Source: Candidatus Gallimonas sp.
GTDB taxonomy: Bacteria > Bacillota > Clostridia > Christensenellales > Borkfalkiaceae
Length of the DNA: 60,695 nucleotides
Assembly (NCBI GenBank): GCA_048370055.1
Contig: DBGBVX010000005.1
Span: forward strand, 1-60,695
Direction of reading: 5' to 3'
Shown here: piece by piece, positions 9,701 to 17,436 of the stretch
How the letters are laid out: each line of letters begins with the position of its first letter
Numbering within the stretch: position 1 is the stretch's first letter
Translations under genes and position numbers: made by a program
The notes under the pieces: model-generated
The model's database searches: none
Told to the model about the DNA's origin: nothing
Seen by the model: the letters and a program-made list of their open reading frames with translations, nothing else

Positions 9701-9903
9701 ATGATGTCCTTCATGACGCGCGTTAAGATATGCCCGATGTGCGGCTTTCCGTTTGCCGTGGGCGGACCGTCGAAGAAGGAAAATTCCTCCCCGCCTTCGT
9801 TCTTCTTTACCGATTTTTCGAAGATATCGTTCTCCTTCCAGAACGCGATGACTTCCTTCTCGCGCTCCACAAAGTTGAGCGACGTATCGACTTTCTTGTA
9901 CAT
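6781..9903 (-). CDS. ileS: Isoleucine--tRNA ligase (long, type 2)
   Basis: 1040 aa with class I HIGH (PTANGKPHIGH) and KMSKS (VKMSKHKGN) motifs and CxxC zinc knuckles. The RBS is GAGGTG. Confidence 0.97.
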   Translation of the reverse strand: MYKKVDTSLNFVEREKEVIAFWKENDIFEKSVKKNEGGEEFSFFDGPPTANGKPHIGHILTRVMKDIIPRYQTMKGKHVLRKAGWDTHGLPVELEVEKSLGMDGKQDIEKYGIEPFIKKCKESVWKYTDEWRKMSDRVGYWVDMDNPYVTYHDDYIESVWWALKEIHKKGLLYKGHKIVPYCPRCGTALSSHEVAQGYKDVKETSVVARFKVKGRENAYILAWTTTPWTLPSNVALCMNPDETYVEIESDGARYIMAEALVSDFFENYTLIEKRTGREYEGTEYEPLFSYSVGSFREKAFYVVCDPYVTLTDGTGVVHIAPAFGEDDYKVGRKYGLPVVQLVNERGCFDERCPELNGLFAKKADKVILDMLEEKGLLFKKVPFEHSYPFCWRCDTPLLYYARSSWFIEVTKVKEHLIAANRSVNWMPETIKEGRMGNFLENVIDWGLSRDRYWGTPLPVWVCPDCGAIEVIGSKAELKEKCHVEGDIELHRPYLDDLTCACPKCGGKMKRTPEVIDCWFDSGSMPFAQYHYPFENKDLFEETFPADFISEAVDQTRGWFYTLLAISTILFDRAPFKNCIVLGHVNDKDGVKMSKHKGNVVDPWSVLDKQGADAVRWYFYTNSAPWIPSRFGAEAVSEVQRKFQGTLWNTYAFFTLYAEIDKYDPSKYDLKTCRLSLMDKWVLSKLNTLVKNVDQMLAEYNITDSARAIQDFSDVLSNWYVRRGRDRYWGSEMTEDKAAAYTTLYTVLVTLAKVIAPYTPFMAEMMYQNLVPAFYPSAPQSVHLCDFPAADESFIDPALEKGMADVLDVVALGRAARNAGSVKNRQPLSEMLVASNRPLAIEGELMAVALDELNVKKMTFVTDGASLVRYELKPQLRTLGPKYGKKLKAITAFLSSCDGAEVVSAVRANGSYSVELEGEQVVLLEEDLQIFTQSAEGYATAVGGGITVALNTQLNEALLDEGTERELVSKIQTMRKEAGFEVTDRIAVYFTAAGRAEKMLKKGGIAADVLAVSLTEGSAEGFTRTLDVNGDSVTLTLVKAK

Positions 9904-10165
9904 TTTTCACCTCAAACGCTTTTTTCTGCAAAAAAGCCACCGTATTTTGGATAAAATACGATGACTTTATAACCACCAAAACATACGAACATATGCCCTC
10001 TTTGATAACGCGGAAGGATACCGCGCACGGGGCTACGCTCACCTGATCTCGCCCCGCGGGCACGAAAGGGGATACCCGAACGCCGCTCGCCTCCCCCTTT
10101 CACCTTTGCGGGGTCTCTCTGTGCGCGAAGCATTGCGCCGGACGCGTCCTTTCTTGACGCCTTTT
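9904..10165 (-). promoter_or_regulatory. T-box leader (candidate Ile AUC specifier) with terminator/antiterminator
   Basis: Read on the - strand it shows the AG bay AGAGAG, distal loop GGUGAAA, a GAG-AUC-A specifier candidate (10045-10047) and an F-box-like CGUUA. The T-box core UUGGUGGUU lies within + coordinates 9959-9982. The terminator CATCGTATTTT/AAAATACGGTG plus T-tract is at 9930-9963. An upstream CGTATGTTTT can compete for AAAATACG. The T-box 3' half is non-canonical (UAUAAAG instead of ACCGCG). Confidence 0.7.
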
Positions 10166-10171
10166 TTCTTT

Positions 10172-10200
10172 ATTATAGCGGCTTACCGCGCAAAAGTAAA
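10172..10200 (-). promoter_or_regulatory. Promoter TTTACT-17-TATAAT for the ileS leader
   Basis: -10 TATAAT is at 10172-10177 (rc) and -35 TTTACT at 10195-10200 (rc), with a 17-nt spacer. Confidence 0.5.
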
Positions 10201-10229
10201 GCGTTTTGAAAAGAATTTTTGCGAAGAGG

Positions 10230-10322
10230 CGCCGCGCGTTTCAGGCGTACCGTTCGGCTCAGCCGGACTGCCCTATACGGCGCTCCGCCGCAACGATGTC
10301 AGTTCAAAAAGAAATCTGTGAG
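10230..10322 (+). repeat. Decayed relic of the five-hairpin element (H3/H4 part)
   Basis: ...AGGCGTAC...GATGTCAGTTCAAAAAGAAATCTGTGA compares with the consensus AGGCGTAC...CGCGTCAGTTCGCGGAAAATCTGTGA. The H4 stem is no longer complementary. Confidence 0.55.
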
Positions 10323-10328
10323 AATAGC

Positions 10329-10364
10329 AAAAAAGAAGCCGCCCCGCAGTGCGGAACAGCTTCC
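10329..10364 (-). terminator. Rho-independent terminator after amt::PII
   Basis: On the - strand, GAAGCTGTTCCG-cact-GCGGGGCGGCTTC (12 bp including G-U pairs) is followed by TTTTTT. A further hairpin GCCGTCCTC/GAGGACGGC at 10406-10440 sits directly after the stop codon. Confidence 0.75.
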
Positions 10365-10451
10365 AACTATAGAGAGAGCGTGTGAGCTGTTTCAAAGAAC
10401 GAAGCGCCGTCCTCTCTCCTTATTTTATTTTGAGGACGGCGGGCAGGGCGG

Positions 10452-12146
10452 TCAGCCCTCTTCGTCCTGCAATGCGTCGTACCCCGTTGCGCCGGTGCGC
10501 ACTTTGACGACGTTTTCCACATCGTATACGAAGATCTTGCCGTCGCCGATGTGTCCGGAATAGAGCACCTTGCGCGCCGCCGCGACGACGTCGTCGACGG
10601 GAACTTCGGATACGACCACTTCCACCTTGACCTTGGGCAGCAGATCCATATCCAATTTGACGCCGCGGTACGTCTCCGTCGCGCCCTTCTGCACGCCGCA
10701 CCCGAATACCGAGGTGACCGTCATGCCCGTGACGCCGAGCTCGGCAAGCGCCGTCTTTAACGGATTGAGCTTGTGTTCGCTCATGACGATGACGACTTTG
10801 CTCATCTTCTTGGACATGGTAGGCACCTTGAGCGCGGGAAGCGTGAGATCTTCAACGGGAGCCGCTGCGGCAGAGCCGTCGAGATCGATGATTTCGGAAG
10901 AGAGCGGCGCCAGCACGAAGTCGGCATATGCAGAGGGAAGTCCGTGTTCGTGGATATCAAGTCCCTCGATCTCCTCCTTCTCGGTGACGCGGACGCCGAT
11001 GGTCTTCTTGAGCAGGAAGAAGAGCCCCGTGATGAGGATCGCCGTCCATGCGCCGACGGCAAGGATGCCGAGCAGCTGAATCCCGAGCTGCAAGCCGTTG
11101 CCCGTATAGAAAAGACCCGTCTGCGTAGAGAAGAGACCGACTGCGATCGTGCCCCAGATACCGTTGACGCCGTGGACGGAGATCGCGCCGACGGGGTCGT
11201 CGATATGCAGCTTTTTATCGATAAATTCGATGGCGAATACGACGAGGATCCCTGCGATCAGACCGATGATAAGGGAACCGAGGTAGTCCACCGCCGAGCA
11301 GCCCGCCGTGATGGCGACGAGCCCCGCAAGGCAGCCGTTGAGCGTCATGGAAAGATCGGACTTGCCGTTCTTGATCCATGTAAGGAAGAGCGCCGCCGCG
11401 CCGCCGACCGCCGCCGCGATCGTGGTATTGCAGAGGATATAGGCAAGTTCCTCCACGCTGCCGGCAGCCGCGCCGTTGAACCCGTACCAACCGAACCACA
11501 GGATGAGCGTGCCGAGGGCGCCGAACGTCATGGAATGCCCGGGAATGGCGCGCACTTTGACGACCTTTCCGTTCGCGTCGCGCTCATACTTGCCGAGGCG
11601 GGGTCCGGCGAAGATCGCCCCGATGCAGGCGGTGATGCCGCCCACCATGTGGATCGCGCAGGACCCTGCAAAGTCAATAAATTTCACTTCCGCGCCCGTC
11701 GAAGCGACCGTGCCCCACACGTTGGTGAGCCAGCCTTCGCCCCAGATCCAATGTGCCTCCACGGGATAGATGATGAGGGAAATGACGAACGAATAGATGC
11801 AGTACGTCGAAAACTTGGTACGTTCGGCGATCGCGCCGGAAAGAATGGTCGCCGCCGTCGCGCAGAACACCAGATTGAAAAAGAAGGTGCTCCAATCGTA
11901 GTTATAGAAATCGGTGAACATCGAGTAGTCGGGCTTCCCGAAGATGCCCGCGACGCTCTCGCCCATCAGGAGCCCTGCGCCCAGCACGGTAAACGCGACC
12001 GTGCCCACACAGAAGTCCACCATGTTCTTCATCAGGATGTTGCCGGTGTTCTTCGCCCGCGTGAAGCCTGCTTCAAGCATTGCAAAGCCGCATTGCATGA
12101 AGAACACGAGGACGGCGCCGACAAGATACCAAATCGACATATCCAT
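10452..12146 (-). CDS. amt: Ammonium transporter fused to a C-terminal P-II (GlnB/GlnK) domain
   Basis: 564 aa from ATG 12146 (GGAGGT RBS 6 nt upstream; the ORF track starts at an upstream TTG). The Amt core has about 11 TM helices (motifs DFAGS, HGVNGIWG). The last ~115 aa form a P-II domain with T-loop GCGVQKGATETYRGV and PKVKVEVVV. Confidence 0.9.
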   Translation of the reverse strand: MDMSIWYLVGAVLVFFMQCGFAMLEAGFTRAKNTGNILMKNMVDFCVGTVAFTVLGAGLLMGESVAGIFGKPDYSMFTDFYNYDWSTFFFNLVFCATAATILSGAIAERTKFSTYCIYSFVISLIIYPVEAHWIWGEGWLTNVWGTVASTGAEVKFIDFAGSCAIHMVGGITACIGAIFAGPRLGKYERDANGKVVKVRAIPGHSMTFGALGTLILWFGWYGFNGAAAGSVEELAYILCNTTIAAAVGGAAALFLTWIKNGKSDLSMTLNGCLAGLVAITAGCSAVDYLGSLIIGLIAGILVVFAIEFIDKKLHIDDPVGAISVHGVNGIWGTIAVGLFSTQTGLFYTGNGLQLGIQLLGILAVGAWTAILITGLFFLLKKTIGVRVTEKEEIEGLDIHEHGLPSAYADFVLAPLSSEIIDLDGSAAAAPVEDLTLPALKVPTMSKKMSKVVIVMSEHKLNPLKTALAELGVTGMTVTSVFGCGVQKGATETYRGVKLDMDLLPKVKVEVVVSEVPVDDVVAAARKVLYSGHIGDGKIFVYDVENVVKVRTGATGYDALQDEEG

Positions 12147-12181
12147 AAAAATACCTCCGAATTTTTTCAAAAGCTATCCCT

Positions 12182-12304
12182 GCAAAGCGGGCTCACACCT
12201 CCGCTTCGCAAGTTTTTTCATATTCTTTCCGCTCCGCGGCAGAGGGAAGGCAGCCTCACACGCCGCCCTCCCCTCTGTCCGCCCGCGGCCTCACACGCCG
12301 CGGG
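12182..12304 (-). promoter_or_regulatory. Three stem-loops with identical GUGUGAG loops in the glnA-amt spacer
   Basis: Read on the - strand: CCCGCGGC-GUGUGAG-GCCGCGGG (12282-12304); a 15-bp stem CAGAGG(G)GAGGGCGGC-GUGUGAG-GCUGCCUUCCCUCUG (12240-12277); and GCGAAGCGG(A)G-GUGUGAG-CCCGCUUUGC (12182-12209). Confidence 0.5.
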
Positions 12305-12327
12305 CAGACGGGAACGGTCCGTCTCAA

Positions 12328-14406
12328 TTATTTGATGCTGTACAGCATGTCGGTATAGGAAGGATAGGGCCAATAATCCGACGCGCACAGTTTTTCCATG
12401 CCGTCCGCAAGGGAACGCACCGCGTCCATGTCGGGAACGATGACGTGCGCCATCTTCTGCGACGCGGGACCTTCGCCTGCGGGCATCTCCGAGAGATCCT
12501 TTTCAAGCTTCTTCATCGCGTCGGCAAAGGCGTCGTTCATCTTGGAGAGCTGCTCCGCAAGCGCCGTATCCGCCTTGCAAGCCATCTTCTCGGAAACGGC
12601 GCGCTTTGCCGCGATCACGGAGCACAGCTCCGCAACGTAGGCGTTGACCGCGGGATAGATCTCCTGCTTGCCCATCTCGAGCATGGTGAGCGCCTCGATG
12701 TTGATCGACTTGATGTAGTTTTCGAGATTGATGTTCGCGCGGGCGATGACCTCTTTTTCGGTATACACGCCCTGACGCACGAACACGTCGATGTTCTCGC
12801 GCTTGTAGCACTCGGGGATGGCGTCCGCCGTCGTCTTGTTGTTGAGAAGTCCCCTTCTCTCGGCTTCGGGCTCCCAATCAGGGCCGTAACCATTGTAATT
12901 GAAGATGATGCGATAATGCTCTTTAAGGAGCTTTTCGGTGTACGCCTTGCAGGCGGCGTCAAAGTCGTTCGCACCCGTGAGCGCGTCCACCGCCTCGGAA
13001 AACGCCTGCGCCACGATGGTGTTGAGCACGATGTTGGGATCGGCGACGGACGCCTGCGACCCGAGCATACGGAACTCGAACTTGTTGCCCGTGAACGCGA
13101 AGGGCGAGGTGCGGTTGCGGTCCGTCGTATCGATGGGGAAAATGGGCGATTCGGGCACGCCGATGGAGCCGGGCACCGCCTTTTTCGGCACATATTCGCG
13201 GCCTAAAACGATGCTGTCGACGATGGCGCCGAGCTGATCGCCGAGATACACCGAGATGATGGCGGGCGGCGCCTCGTTCGCGCCGAGACGGTGATCATTG
13301 CCCGCAGACGCGACGGACGCGCGCAGGATGCCCTGATAGGTATCGACCGCGGCGATGACGCAGGCAAGAACGAGCATGAAACGGGGGTTCTTTTCGGGCG
13401 TTTCGCCGGGATCGAGCAGGTTGATGCCCGTATCAGTCGAGAGCGACCAATTGTTGTGCTTGCCCGAACCGTTGACGCCCTCGAAGGGTTTTTCGTGCAG
13501 CAGGCAGACCATATGGTGCTTCTGCGCGACCTTCTTCATCAGCTCCATGGTGAGCTGATTGTCGTCCACCGCCACGTTCGTGGTGGTAAAGACGGGCGCG
13601 AGCTCGTGTTGCGCGGGCGCGACTTCGTTGTGCTTTGTTTTGGCGAAGATGCCGTACGACCAAAGCGTTTCGTCAAGATCGCGCATAAATTCGGAAATGC
13701 GGGGCTTGAGCGTGCCGAAGTAGTGATCTTCCAGCTCCTGCCCGCGGGAAGGAGCCGCGCCGAAGAGCGTGCGCCCCGTAAGGATGAGGTCTTTGCGCTG
13801 TTCGTATACGTCTCTGTCGATGAGGAAGTACTCCTGCTCGGGCCCCACCGTGGTGGAGACCTTGCGGCAGGTGATCCCGAAGAGCTTCAGAAGCCGCTTC
13901 GCCTGCGTATCGAGCGCGGTCATCGATTTGAGAAGGGGCGCCTTTTTATCGAGCGTTTCACCCGTATAGGAGACGAACACGGTGGGAATATACAGCGTTC
14001 CCTCCTTGACGAAGGCGGGCGACGTGGGATCCCACGCCGTGTAACCGCGTGCGGCGCTCGTGGCGCGCGTGCCGCCCGAAGGGAAGCTCGAGGCGTCCGG
14101 CTCGCCGACGATGAGGTTCTTGCCCGTGAGCTGCATGATCACCTTATCGCCCGAGGGCTCGATGAAGCTGTCGTGCTTCTCCGCCGTCAGGTTGGTGAGC
14201 GGCTGAAACCAGTGGGTGTAGTGGGTCGCGCCCTTGGAGACCGCCCAGTCCTTCATGGCGTTGGCGACGGCGCCCGCGATGGAAGAATCGAGCGGCTCGC
14301 CCTCGTCGATCGTCTTGCGGAGGGACTTGTAGACCTCTTTGGGCAGCGAGTTTTTCATGACTTCGTCGGTAAAGACGTTGCTGCCGAACAGTTCGGTGAC
14401 TTTCAT
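12328..14406 (-). CDS. glnA: Glutamine synthetase, type III (GlnN-like)
   Basis: 692 aa from ATG 14406 (AAGGAGAG RBS). The length and the N-terminal FGSNVF...LPKEVY region are typical of type III GS, and the catalytic-domain core includes [10 protein letters not shown]. Confidence 0.9.
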   Translation of the reverse strand: MKVTELFGSNVFTDEVMKNSLPKEVYKSLRKTIDEGEPLDSSIAGAVANAMKDWAVSKGATHYTHWFQPLTNLTAEKHDSFIEPSGDKVIMQLTGKNLIVGEPDASSFPSGGTRATSAARGYTAWDPTSPAFVKEGTLYIPTVFVSYTGETLDKKAPLLKSMTALDTQAKRLLKLFGITCRKVSTTVGPEQEYFLIDRDVYEQRKDLILTGRTLFGAAPSRGQELEDHYFGTLKPRISEFMRDLDETLWSYGIFAKTKHNEVAPAQHELAPVFTTTNVAVDDNQLTMELMKKVAQKHHMVCLLHEKPFEGVNGSGKHNNWSLSTDTGINLLDPGETPEKNPRFMLVLACVIAAVDTYQGILRASVASAGNDHRLGANEAPPAIISVYLGDQLGAIVDSIVLGREYVPKKAVPGSIGVPESPIFPIDTTDRNRTSPFAFTGNKFEFRMLGSQASVADPNIVLNTIVAQAFSEAVDALTGANDFDAACKAYTEKLLKEHYRIIFNYNGYGPDWEPEAERRGLLNNKTTADAIPECYKRENIDVFVRQGVYTEKEVIARANINLENYIKSINIEALTMLEMGKQEIYPAVNAYVAELCSVIAAKRAVSEKMACKADTALAEQLSKMNDAFADAMKKLEKDLSEMPAGEGPASQKMAHVIVPDMDAVRSLADGMEKLCASDYWPYPSYTDMLYSIK

Positions 14407-14489
14407 ATCTGCTCTCCTTATAATCCTTATCAAAACCATGTTTTTTCCGCGCCGTGCCGGCAAATGTCATCTGTTTTGATTACGCTACA

Positions 14490-14518
14490 ATTATATGATT
14501 TTTCCACTTCTAAGTCAA
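14490..14518 (-). promoter_or_regulatory. Consensus-like promoter TTGACT-17-TATAAT for glnA
   Basis: -35 is at 14513-14518 and -10 at 14490-14495 (rc), leaving a ~77-nt leader that contains an ATCAAAAC...GTTTTGAT stem. Confidence 0.65.
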
Positions 14519-14675
14519 ACGTTTGCCCCGTTATTTTACGTTTTTCAGTTTTTTCAATCATTATGTTATCCATAAGGAAAGGTTATAAAAGCGGCGGTTC
14601 CTCTCCCCTTCCCGCCGTGTTTTCATTATAGCCGGATAATCCGGATAATAATGTGATCCTCGCGCGCACGCGCGT

Positions 14676-14707
14676 AAAAAAACGCGCCGCTTGCAAAAGC
14701 GGCGCGC
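14676..14707 (-). terminator. Rho-independent terminator after aspS
   Basis: GCGCGCCGC-ttttgcaa-GCGGCGCG(C) followed by TTTTTTT, 5 nt after the aspS stop. Confidence 0.85.
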
Positions 14708-14712
14708 AGGGT

Positions 14713-16473
14713 TTAATTTTTCTTTTCTTCCCTGACGACGGCGATGTGCACGTCGTCGAGCTGTTTTTGTTCGACGGGCGAGGGCGCGTTCATCAGAAGA
14801 TCGCGCGCCTTGGCGTTCATGGGGAAGGCGATGACTTCGCGGATGTTCACCGTATCGGAGATGAGCATGACCATTCTGTCGACCCCGGGCGCAACGCCCG
14901 CGTGCGGCGGCGCGCCGTACTCGAAGGCGTGATAGAGCGCGGGGAACTTTTTGACGACGTCCTCCTTGCCGAGCCCGACGAGCGAGAACGCCTTGACCAT
15001 GATTTCGGGGTCGTGATTTCTGACCGCGCCCGACGAGAGCTCCACGCCGTTGCAGACGATATCGTACTGATAGGCGAGCACTTCGAGGGGATCCTGCTCC
15101 TCGAGCGCCTTCATGCCGCCCTGCGGCATGGAGAACGGGTTGTGGCAGAACTCGAGCTGACCGCTCTCCTCGCCGATCTCGTACATGGGGAAATCGACGA
15201 TCCAACAGAAACGGTACACGTTCTTTTCAAGCAGTCCGAGGGCGTTGCCGAGCATGGTGCGCAAGATCCCCGCGCGCTTCTGCGCGAGCGAAAGCTTTTC
15301 CTCGGCGAGAACGGCGACGAAGCTCCCCGCCCCGATGCAGAGGCGCTCTTTCAGCGCGGCGGCGCGGTCGGCGACGAACTTTGCGATGCCGCCCGCGGGC
15401 ATGCCCGCCTCGTCGAGCTTGAACCAATACATGGCGCCGCCTTCCGTTCTGATCTTGAACTCTTCGGCGAGCTTATCGATCTGCTTGCGCGCGACGTTCG
15501 CGCCGTTCACGGCGATCGCCTTGACGGTTTTTCCCTGCACCATGTCGAAGCCGCAGCCCTGCATGATGTCGGAGATATCCTTCACAACGAGCGGATTTCT
15601 CAGATCCGGCTTGTCGGTGCCGTACGTTTCGAGCGCGTCGCGGTAGGCGATGCGCCTGAAGGGCGGCTTGTCCGCCTCCCAACCCGAGAACTTGGCGAAC
15701 ACGGGCGGGAGCACCGATTCGAGCACCGCGAACACGTCTTCCTGCGTGGCGAACGCCATCTCGATATCGAGCTGATAGAACTCGCCGGGAGAACGGTCGG
15801 CGCGGGCGTCCTCGTCGCGGAAACAGGGCGCGATCTGAAAGTACTTATCGAATCCCGAGCACATCAGGAGCTGCTTGTACTGCTGCGGCGCCTGCGGGAG
15901 CGCATAGAACTCGCCCGGGTAGAGGCGGCTCGGCACGATGTAGTCGCGCGCTCCCTCGGGCGAAGAACTCGTGAGGATGGGCGTGGAGATCTCGAGAAAG
16001 CCCTGCTCCGTCATGAGGCGGCGCAGTTCCGCCACGATCTGCGCGCGAAGGATGATCTTATCCTTGACGGCGGGATTCCTCAGATCGAGGAAGCGGTATT
16101 TGAGGCGCACGTCTTCCCCCGCCTCGGTGGAGCGGGAAACCTCGAAGGGCAGCGCCTGCGTGGTGCGGCGCCCCAAAACTTCCACCTTTTCGGGAACGAT
16201 CTCGATGAGCCCCGTGGGCAGCTTTTCGTTGGGCGAGGAGCGGAGCACGACCGTCCCCTCCACGCTGACGGTGGACTCGGTGGGGATATCGCGCAGCTGC
16301 GAAAGGCAGGGTTCCTCGGTGGCGACGACCTGCGTCGTGCCGTAATAGTCGCGGAGCACCGCGAACAGGAGCCCGCCCTTATCGCGCTTGCTGTCCAGCC
16401 AGCCGCAGAGCTTGACCTTCTTGCCGGCGTCTTCCTTCCTCAGTTCGTTGCAGTTATGCGTTCTGTAAGCCAT
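14713..16473 (-). CDS. aspS: Aspartate--tRNA ligase
   Basis: 586 aa from ATG 16473 (AAGGAAAA RBS; an alternative upstream ATG is at 16500). It has an N-terminal OB fold (GWLDSKRDKGGLLF) and class II motifs (FRDEDARADR, GGAPPHAGVAPGVDR). Confidence 0.95.
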   Translation of the reverse strand: MAYRTHNCNELRKEDAGKKVKLCGWLDSKRDKGGLLFAVLRDYYGTTQVVATEEPCLSQLRDIPTESTVSVEGTVVLRSSPNEKLPTGLIEIVPEKVEVLGRRTTQALPFEVSRSTEAGEDVRLKYRFLDLRNPAVKDKIILRAQIVAELRRLMTEQGFLEISTPILTSSSPEGARDYIVPSRLYPGEFYALPQAPQQYKQLLMCSGFDKYFQIAPCFRDEDARADRSPGEFYQLDIEMAFATQEDVFAVLESVLPPVFAKFSGWEADKPPFRRIAYRDALETYGTDKPDLRNPLVVKDISDIMQGCGFDMVQGKTVKAIAVNGANVARKQIDKLAEEFKIRTEGGAMYWFKLDEAGMPAGGIAKFVADRAAALKERLCIGAGSFVAVLAEEKLSLAQKRAGILRTMLGNALGLLEKNVYRFCWIVDFPMYEIGEESGQLEFCHNPFSMPQGGMKALEEQDPLEVLAYQYDIVCNGVELSSGAVRNHDPEIMVKAFSLVGLGKEDVVKKFPALYHAFEYGAPPHAGVAPGVDRMVMLISDTVNIREVIAFPMNAKARDLLMNAPSPVEQKQLDDVHIAVVREEKKN

Positions 16474-16549
16474 AACATTTTCCTTGTGTGTTTGATTCAA
16501 CGATGATTATATCCTCCGCGCAAAAAAAAGTCAAGGAAAATGCCTTTCC

Positions 16550-17059
16550 TTAGAAACTTTCCAGCCAATTATATGCCGCCGCACGCGAGGAAAATACGAA
16601 ATGCGGCTTCTTGCTCTCTTGGAGGGCGGCGAGCATGGCGGGGCGCACATCGCGGTCGTATTGCAGGATCCATTCTTCGAACTCCGCGTCGACCCGCTCG
16701 GGGCAGTCCTCCCCCATATCGGGGCGCGTTCTGCCGGCATATTCCCTTGCGCGCGCATAGGCGCTTTCGAGGCACACCGCGGCGGGGATATCGAGAAAGA
16801 CGGCGCAGTCCGCCGCTGCGAGCCGCGCCCGCAGCGTGCGGTGATAGTTTCCGTCCATCACCCACGCGGGCTTCGCAAGCTCGGAAAAAAGGAGCGCATC
16901 GAACTCCTCCGTGCTGCGGTTGACCCACCCGGGCAGCCACCAAAGCCTGTCGAGATGCACCACGGGGAGCGAAAATCGCCTGCCCATGTCTGCGGCGAAC
17001 GTCGATTTCCCCGCCCCGCCGTTGCCGAGAATGAGTATTTTTTTGTATGGAAATTGCAT
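16550..17059 (-). CDS. P-loop NTPase, adenylate-kinase-like (topology modulation protein FlaR-like)
   Basis: 169 aa with Walker A GNGGAGKST and a small kinase-like architecture. Confidence 0.7.
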   Translation of the reverse strand: MQFPYKKILILGNGGAGKSTFAADMGRRFSLPVVHLDRLWWLPGWVNRSTEEFDALLFSELAKPAWVMDGNYHRTLRARLAAADCAVFLDIPAAVCLESAYARAREYAGRTRPDMGEDCPERVDAEFEEWILQYDRDVRPAMLAALQESKKPHFVFSSRAAAYNWLESF

Positions 17060-17134
17060 CGTTCGTTCCTTGAGACCGCGTAATTTTGCCGATGGTTACA
17101 TTCCTGTTCTAAATCACTCGCGCAAGCAGGGTTC

Positions 17135-17227
17135 CCCTGCTATAAATTTTCCGCAAAAGGCGTCCCTGCGTTATACCTACTTGCTATAAATTACAGATAC
17201 AAGGGGATTTCCCTGCTATAAATTCCC
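17135..17227 (+). repeat. Partial tandem duplication of the left flank/H1 arm of the repeat element
   Basis: CCTGCTATAAATTttCCGCAAAAGGCGTCcCTGCGTTATaCC (17135-17176) is a diverged copy of CCTGCTATAAATTcCCGCAAAAGGCGTCaCTGCGTTATgCC (17212-17252). TGCTATAAATT occurs three times, starting at 17137, 17181 and 17214. Confidence 0.75.
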
Positions 17228-17431
17228 GCAAAAGGCGTCACTGCGTTATGCCTTTTGCGCCCCAATTTGCTGCTTGTGCGGCTTATGGAGAAAGCGTGAG
17301 CCGCCGCGTGCTATACTGTTGCCAAACAGCGGCGGCGAGAGAAAACTCATTGTCAGGCGCTTGCGCCGTGCAATGGGTTGTCTCTCAAAATCACGAAGAT
17401 TTTTCCCGTCAGTTCGGGAAAAATCTTGTGA
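17228..17431 (+). repeat. Five-hairpin intergenic repeat element, copy 2
   Basis: 204 bp. H1 is 17228-17258 and identical to copy 1. H1b is GCTGC/GCGGC. H2 is 17300-17336 (GCCGCCGC/GCGGCGGC). H3 is GAGAGAAAAC/GTTGTCTCTC. H4 is 17392-17430 with compensatory GATTTTTCCCG/CGGGAAAAATC. It ends 5 nt before the TAA of the convergent helicase gene. Confidence 0.9.
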
Positions 17432-17436
17432 ACCCC

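Noticed and set aside
7975-9726. Long antisense ORFs opposite clearly identified genes. Examples are 5395-6747, 7975-9726, 10773-12335, 13291-14631, 14653-16506, 29697-31184, 37373-38830, 38860-40011, 40839-42218, 42574-43947, 45673-46731, 47723-48631, 49750-51093, 50931-53228, 53243-54361, 54205-55698, 55819-56904 and 57039-57968.
   Set aside because: Each lies opposite a gene with unmistakable family motifs (ileS, amt, glnA, aspS, dnaA, mnmG and others). The translations are Arg/His/Asp/Gly-rich low-complexity sequence with no start context. They are a stop-codon-depletion artefact of high GC.
12182-12304. Interpreting the glnA-amt hairpins as an ANTAR-type dual-hexaloop target.
   Set aside because: ANTAR targets have two hairpins with 6-nt loops carrying A at position 1 and G at position 4. 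Here there are three hairpins with 7-nt GUGUGAG loops and no overlapping terminator, so that assignment is not supported. The structure is kept as an unexplained motif.
14590-14640. A TATAAT box followed by the hairpin CGGCGG...CCGCCG plus CTTTTAT between aspS and glnA, considered as a tiny sRNA or attenuator.
   Set aside because: There is no acceptable -35 at 16-18 nt, the predicted transcript would be under 45 nt, and the stronger TTGACT-17-TATAAT promoter lies downstream.
14560-14650. An AT-rich aspS-glnA spacer with three degenerate DnaA-box-like motifs (TTATCCATA, and the tandem TTATCCGGA TTATCCGGC on the minus strand), considered as an oriC candidate.
   Set aside because: Every box has 1-3 mismatches. 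Genes on both sides are on the same strand, so there is no divergence, and the region is already explained by the glnA promoter and the aspS terminator. The tandem TTATCCGG repeat may instead be a regulator site, but I cannot support that.
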